DNA of 17,596 nucleotides, taken from assembly GCA_044224875.1 (NCBI GenBank), contig JBGAJQ010000092.1, forward strand, positions 1 to 17,596, given 5' to 3'. Under the pieces are notes generated by a model. It saw only the letters and a list, made by a program, of their open reading frames with translations, was not told where the DNA came from and did not search any database. Of this stretch, positions 15,017 to 17,596 are shown piece after piece; positions within the stretch are counted from its first letter, which is position 1; every line of letters begins with the position of its first letter. Made by a program: the position numbers and the translations under genes. Source of the stretch: Gemmatimonadaceae bacterium (lineage in GTDB: Bacteria > Gemmatimonadota > Gemmatimonadetes > Gemmatimonadales > Gemmatimonadaceae).

Positions 15017-15940
15017 ATGGCACCCAATCGGCATGACGCGCGCATTCGGACGGCTGCTTTCGAATGGCTCGCGGCACAGGTGGCAATACACGGGGACGTG
15101 CTCCCGCGCACAGTCCTCGAGAATGGGTTTGAGCTCGACGGCGTTCGCGTACCCCTGCTCGGCCCGAAAGGAATCTTCAAGCCAAAGGTGCTGAGCGAAA
15201 TTCCTCTCTCTATCACGACGGCCCCAGAAGGTCCTTACGACGATGCTTTTGGTCCCCATGGTCTCCTGCGATATCGATATCGCGGATCGGACCCGCAGCA
15301 TCCTGACAATCGGGGTCTGCGTGCGGCCATGCTTCAGCGGACGCCCTTGGTGTACTTTCACGGGGTCGTGCCAGGGAGGTACGTGGCGGCTTGGCCTGTG
15401 TACATCGTCGGTGATGATCCGGCCGGTTTGGCCTTCTCCGTTGCCGTAGACGACTCTGCTCATCTGCGTCCGGAGGCGGAGGTTGATTCCTCGCGGCAAG
15501 TACGCGAAGACCACGACATCATCCGACGTGAGTACGTCACCGCCGCTGTCCGCGTGCGACTGCACCAGCGTGCATTCCGAGAAAGAGTTCTTGAGGCGTA
15601 TCGATACGAGTGCGCCTTTTGTCGTTTCCGTCACCAGGAGTTGCTCGATGCGGCGCACATTGTGCCAGACAGCCACCCAGCCGGCGAACCCGAGGTCCGA
15701 AACGGATTGGCGTTGTGCACTCTACATCATGCCGCCTTTGACCGCTCGTTCTTGGGACTGCGACCGGACTATGTCATTGAAGTACGCAACGACCTGCTGC
15801 GCGAGCATGACGGCCCGACACTGCAGCACGCCATTCAGGCTCTTCACGGAGTGCGCATTGCGATCCCGCGGCCCGTGGCGCTCCGTCCCGACCGAGAGTT
15901 GTTGGAGATTCGATATCAGCAATTTCGTAAGGCGGGCTGA
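15017..15940 (+). CDS. HNH endonuclease with SRA-like N-terminal domain, putative modification-dependent (type IV) restriction enzyme
   Basis: C-terminal RLHQRAFRERVLEAY..CAFC..LDAAHI..NGLALCTLHHAAFD (HNH_2). N-terminal GIFKP..LSITT..PYDD..LRYRYRG..DNRGL..PLVYF..GRY parallels SRA/YDG motif order. Confidence 0.88.
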   Translation: MAPNRHDARIRTAAFEWLAAQVAIHGDVLPRTVLENGFELDGVRVPLLGPKGIFKPKVLSEIPLSITTAPEGPYDDAFGPHGLLRYRYRGSDPQHPDNRGLRAAMLQRTPLVYFHGVVPGRYVAAWPVYIVGDDPAGLAFSVAVDDSAHLRPEAEVDSSRQVREDHDIIRREYVTAAVRVRLHQRAFRERVLEAYRYECAFCRFRHQELLDAAHIVPDSHPAGEPEVRNGLALCTLHHAAFDRSFLGLRPDYVIEVRNDLLREHDGPTLQHAIQALHGVRIAIPRPVALRPDRELLEIRYQQFRKAG

Positions 15941-15948
15941 GTCGGTGC

Positions 15949-16046
15949 GCTGTCTAGCTGCCGCTGAGGCGCGACATTCGATGGAGCTGGCCGCCGCGGG
16001 CGGGTCTTCTATGCAGTCGCCTGACGCCACGTTGTAATCGTTAGGC
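15949..16046 (+). other. Degenerate attC-like site downstream of the HNH gene
   Basis: GTCTAGC (R''-like, 15952-15958) begins 11 bp after the stop, and a canonical GTTAGGC (R') sits at 16040-16046; partial inner complementarity AGGCGCGAC/GTCGCCT. Confidence 0.45.
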
Positions 16047-16157
16047 TGCATGTCGCTGAGGAAGTCGATGGGGATTGTCCGCCTCTGCTCGGCACTACAC
16101 TCGGTTCGCTATCGCGTCCACCCAATCGGGCGAGTTCACGTGTGATCCTGGAGACAT

Positions 16158-16427
16158 ATGATTTCGCCACACTTCGACGTGCCGTATGCGGCCCTGCCAG
16201 CGCGGGAGCGGCCCTTCGATTGGACTCGTTCCGACGGTGACCTGGAAGTCGATGCGATGATCTTCCTGCCCGATGGCGGATGCGAGCCAGGTGAACCCGC
16301 GGACTTCTACAGTGTGTTCGCTCATTTTGTGGAGGGAGGTCGCGAATGTCTGAGCGACCACATGTCGCTGAAGGGCGCCGAAAGGGCCGTGAGACGCTAC
16401 CGACGCGATCTGGCACTCGGAACCTAA
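16158..16427 (+). CDS. Small hypothetical protein (89 aa), possible integron cassette gene
   Basis: GGAGA RBS just before ATG; protein-like composition; stop TAA lies within ACCTAAC (RYYYAAC). No family recognised. Confidence 0.55.
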   Translation: MISPHFDVPYAALPARERPFDWTRSDGDLEVDAMIFLPDGGCEPGEPADFYSVFAHFVEGGRECLSDHMSLKGAERAVRRYRRDLALGT

Positions 16428-16763
16428 CGAGTACCGCGCGAGAGCCGTTCCGTGGCAACGTGCTTTCAACGCAACCGGTCACCCCTCGGCTCCGGTCGGC
16501 GCGGGTTGGGGGGGTCGTAGACGCGCGGCGCCGCAGCCGCCGGAGCAGACAGCTCACCATCGATAGGAGAGCGCTAGCATCCCGGGTCGAAAACGACCCA
16601 CGAGACATGTCGACTCGGTTCCGTCCCTCCTGCAATGCCGCGCCCCGTCGCAGTTTAGCTGTTACTTCGTCCGAGACTTGTCCGAGATGCGATCTCGCGA
16701 TGTCTTGACAATTTGCTGTCGAGAGCGCTAAGTGGCACTCGTAGGCTGGTCCGGGAGGAAGTG

Positions 16764-17596
16764 ATGCGGTGGAATTCGCTGTTCTGCATTGGACTCGTGT
16801 GCGCAACTGCGTGCGGCGGTGGTGGTGGGGATAGTGGAACCACGGGCCCGCCCCCTCCACCGCCTGTCGCGACGGTCAGCGTTGCGCTGTCAGCCACCTC
16901 TGTGGCGCTGGGCGGTACTGCATCGGCAACAGCAACACTGAAGGATGCCGCCGGGAACACCCTTTCCGGACGTACGATTGGGTGGACCAGTTCCGCCCCG
17001 ACCGTCGCGTCCGTCGATGCCACGGGCGCAGTCACCAGCCTTGCGGTAGGTTCGGCGACCATTACCGCGACGGCCGAGGGGAAGAGCGGCAGCGCGGACA
17101 TCTCAGTCCTGCCACCTCCGGTGGCGACGGTGAGCGTTGCGCTATCGGCGTCTTCACTGCCGCTCGGCGCCACAGCGACGGCGACGGCTTCCCTGAAGGA
17201 TGCTGCGGGCAATACGCTCACCGGGCGCGCGATTGCCTGGACAAGTTCAGCTCCTGCGATCGCCTCGGTGAATGAGGCGGGTCTCATAACCAGCCTCGCG
17301 CTCGGCTCGGCAACCATTACCGCCACCAGCGAGGGAAAGAGCGGGAGTGCGATCGTCACGGTTACGCAGCCGCCCGTTGCCACAGTAACGATAGCTCCTC
17401 AGAGCATCGCCTTTGACGTTGGGGCCACCGCAACGGTGACCGCAGCGGTTCTGGATGCGTTTGGGCACGCAGTTCCCAACAAGACCGTCACGTGGCTCAC
17501 TTCCGACGCATCGATCGTTGGTGGCTCCGTCAACGGCAACTCGGCAACGATTCAGGGCATAGGCGCCGGTTCTGCCACAGTGACCGCGAGTGTCGA
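16764..17596 (+). CDS. Lipoprotein with tandem Big_2 Ig-like domains (3' partial, runs off the window)
   Basis: Absent from the ORF track because there is no stop in the window. GGGAGG RBS, then MRWNSLFCIGLVCATACGGGGGDSGTTGPPPPPPVATVSV.. (lipobox ATAC, Gly/Pro linker) and repeats LKDAAGNTL.GR.I.WTSS.P..ASV..G..T.LA.GSATITAT.EGKSGSA. Confidence 0.92.
   Translation, partial: MRWNSLFCIGLVCATACGGGGGDSGTTGPPPPPPVATVSVALSATSVALGGTASATATLKDAAGNTLSGRTIGWTSSAPTVASVDATGAVTSLAVGSATITATAEGKSGSADISVLPPPVATVSVALSASSLPLGATATATASLKDAAGNTLTGRAIAWTSSAPAIASVNEAGLITSLALGSATITATSEGKSGSAIVTVTQPPVATVTIAPQSIAFDVGATATVTAAVLDAFGHAVPNKTVTWLTSDASIVGGSVNGNSATIQGIGAGSATVTASV
16863..17596 (+). repeat. Intragenic 255-bp (85-aa) tandem repeats encoding Big_2 domains
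   Basis: Units start with PVATV at 16863, 17118 and 17373. The first two are clearly similar at DNA level; the third is diverged and incomplete. Confidence 0.9.

Noticed and set aside
16863..17372. 255-bp repeats considered as DGR template/variable repeats or a CRISPR-like array
   Set aside because: In-frame Big_2 domain duplications; differences are not adenine-specific and no reverse transcriptase or cas gene is present. The 94-bp repeat pair also lacks adenine-specific differences.

Overview
GC-rich accessory region with no rRNA, tRNA, CRISPR array, integrase or transposase. The protein repertoire (BTAD/AAA transmembrane regulator, Big_2 lipoprotein, short TonB-plug gene end) suggests Gemmatimonadota or similar, which is an inference. 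Left to right: (1) 3' remnant of a TonB-plug gene; (2) an RHH-fusion protein plus DUF6036/AbiEii-like nucleotidyltransferase pair, a probable atypical toxin-antitoxin system with a palindromic operator and leaderless promoter; (3) an AbrB-type vapBC operon; (4) an ~8.7 kb block bounded by 94-bp direct repeats of the 3' end of a haloperoxidase-like gene, holding two outward-pointing lipoprotein genes with a shared DUF11-like C-terminal domain (one frameshifted), a broken LuxR regulator and a 1357-aa SARP/BTAD-STAND ATPase-TM-PD40-Ig protein; (5) a secreted vanadium haloperoxidase/PAP2-type gene divergent from a cupin-AraC (RclR-like) regulator; (6) a LamG-domain remnant; (7) an AAA_14/DUF4143 ATPase; (8) an SRA-like/HNH endonuclease and a small ORF between degenerate integron attC-like sites; (9) the start of a Big_2-repeat lipoprotein running off the window. 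All family calls come from motif recognition by eye, not database searches.
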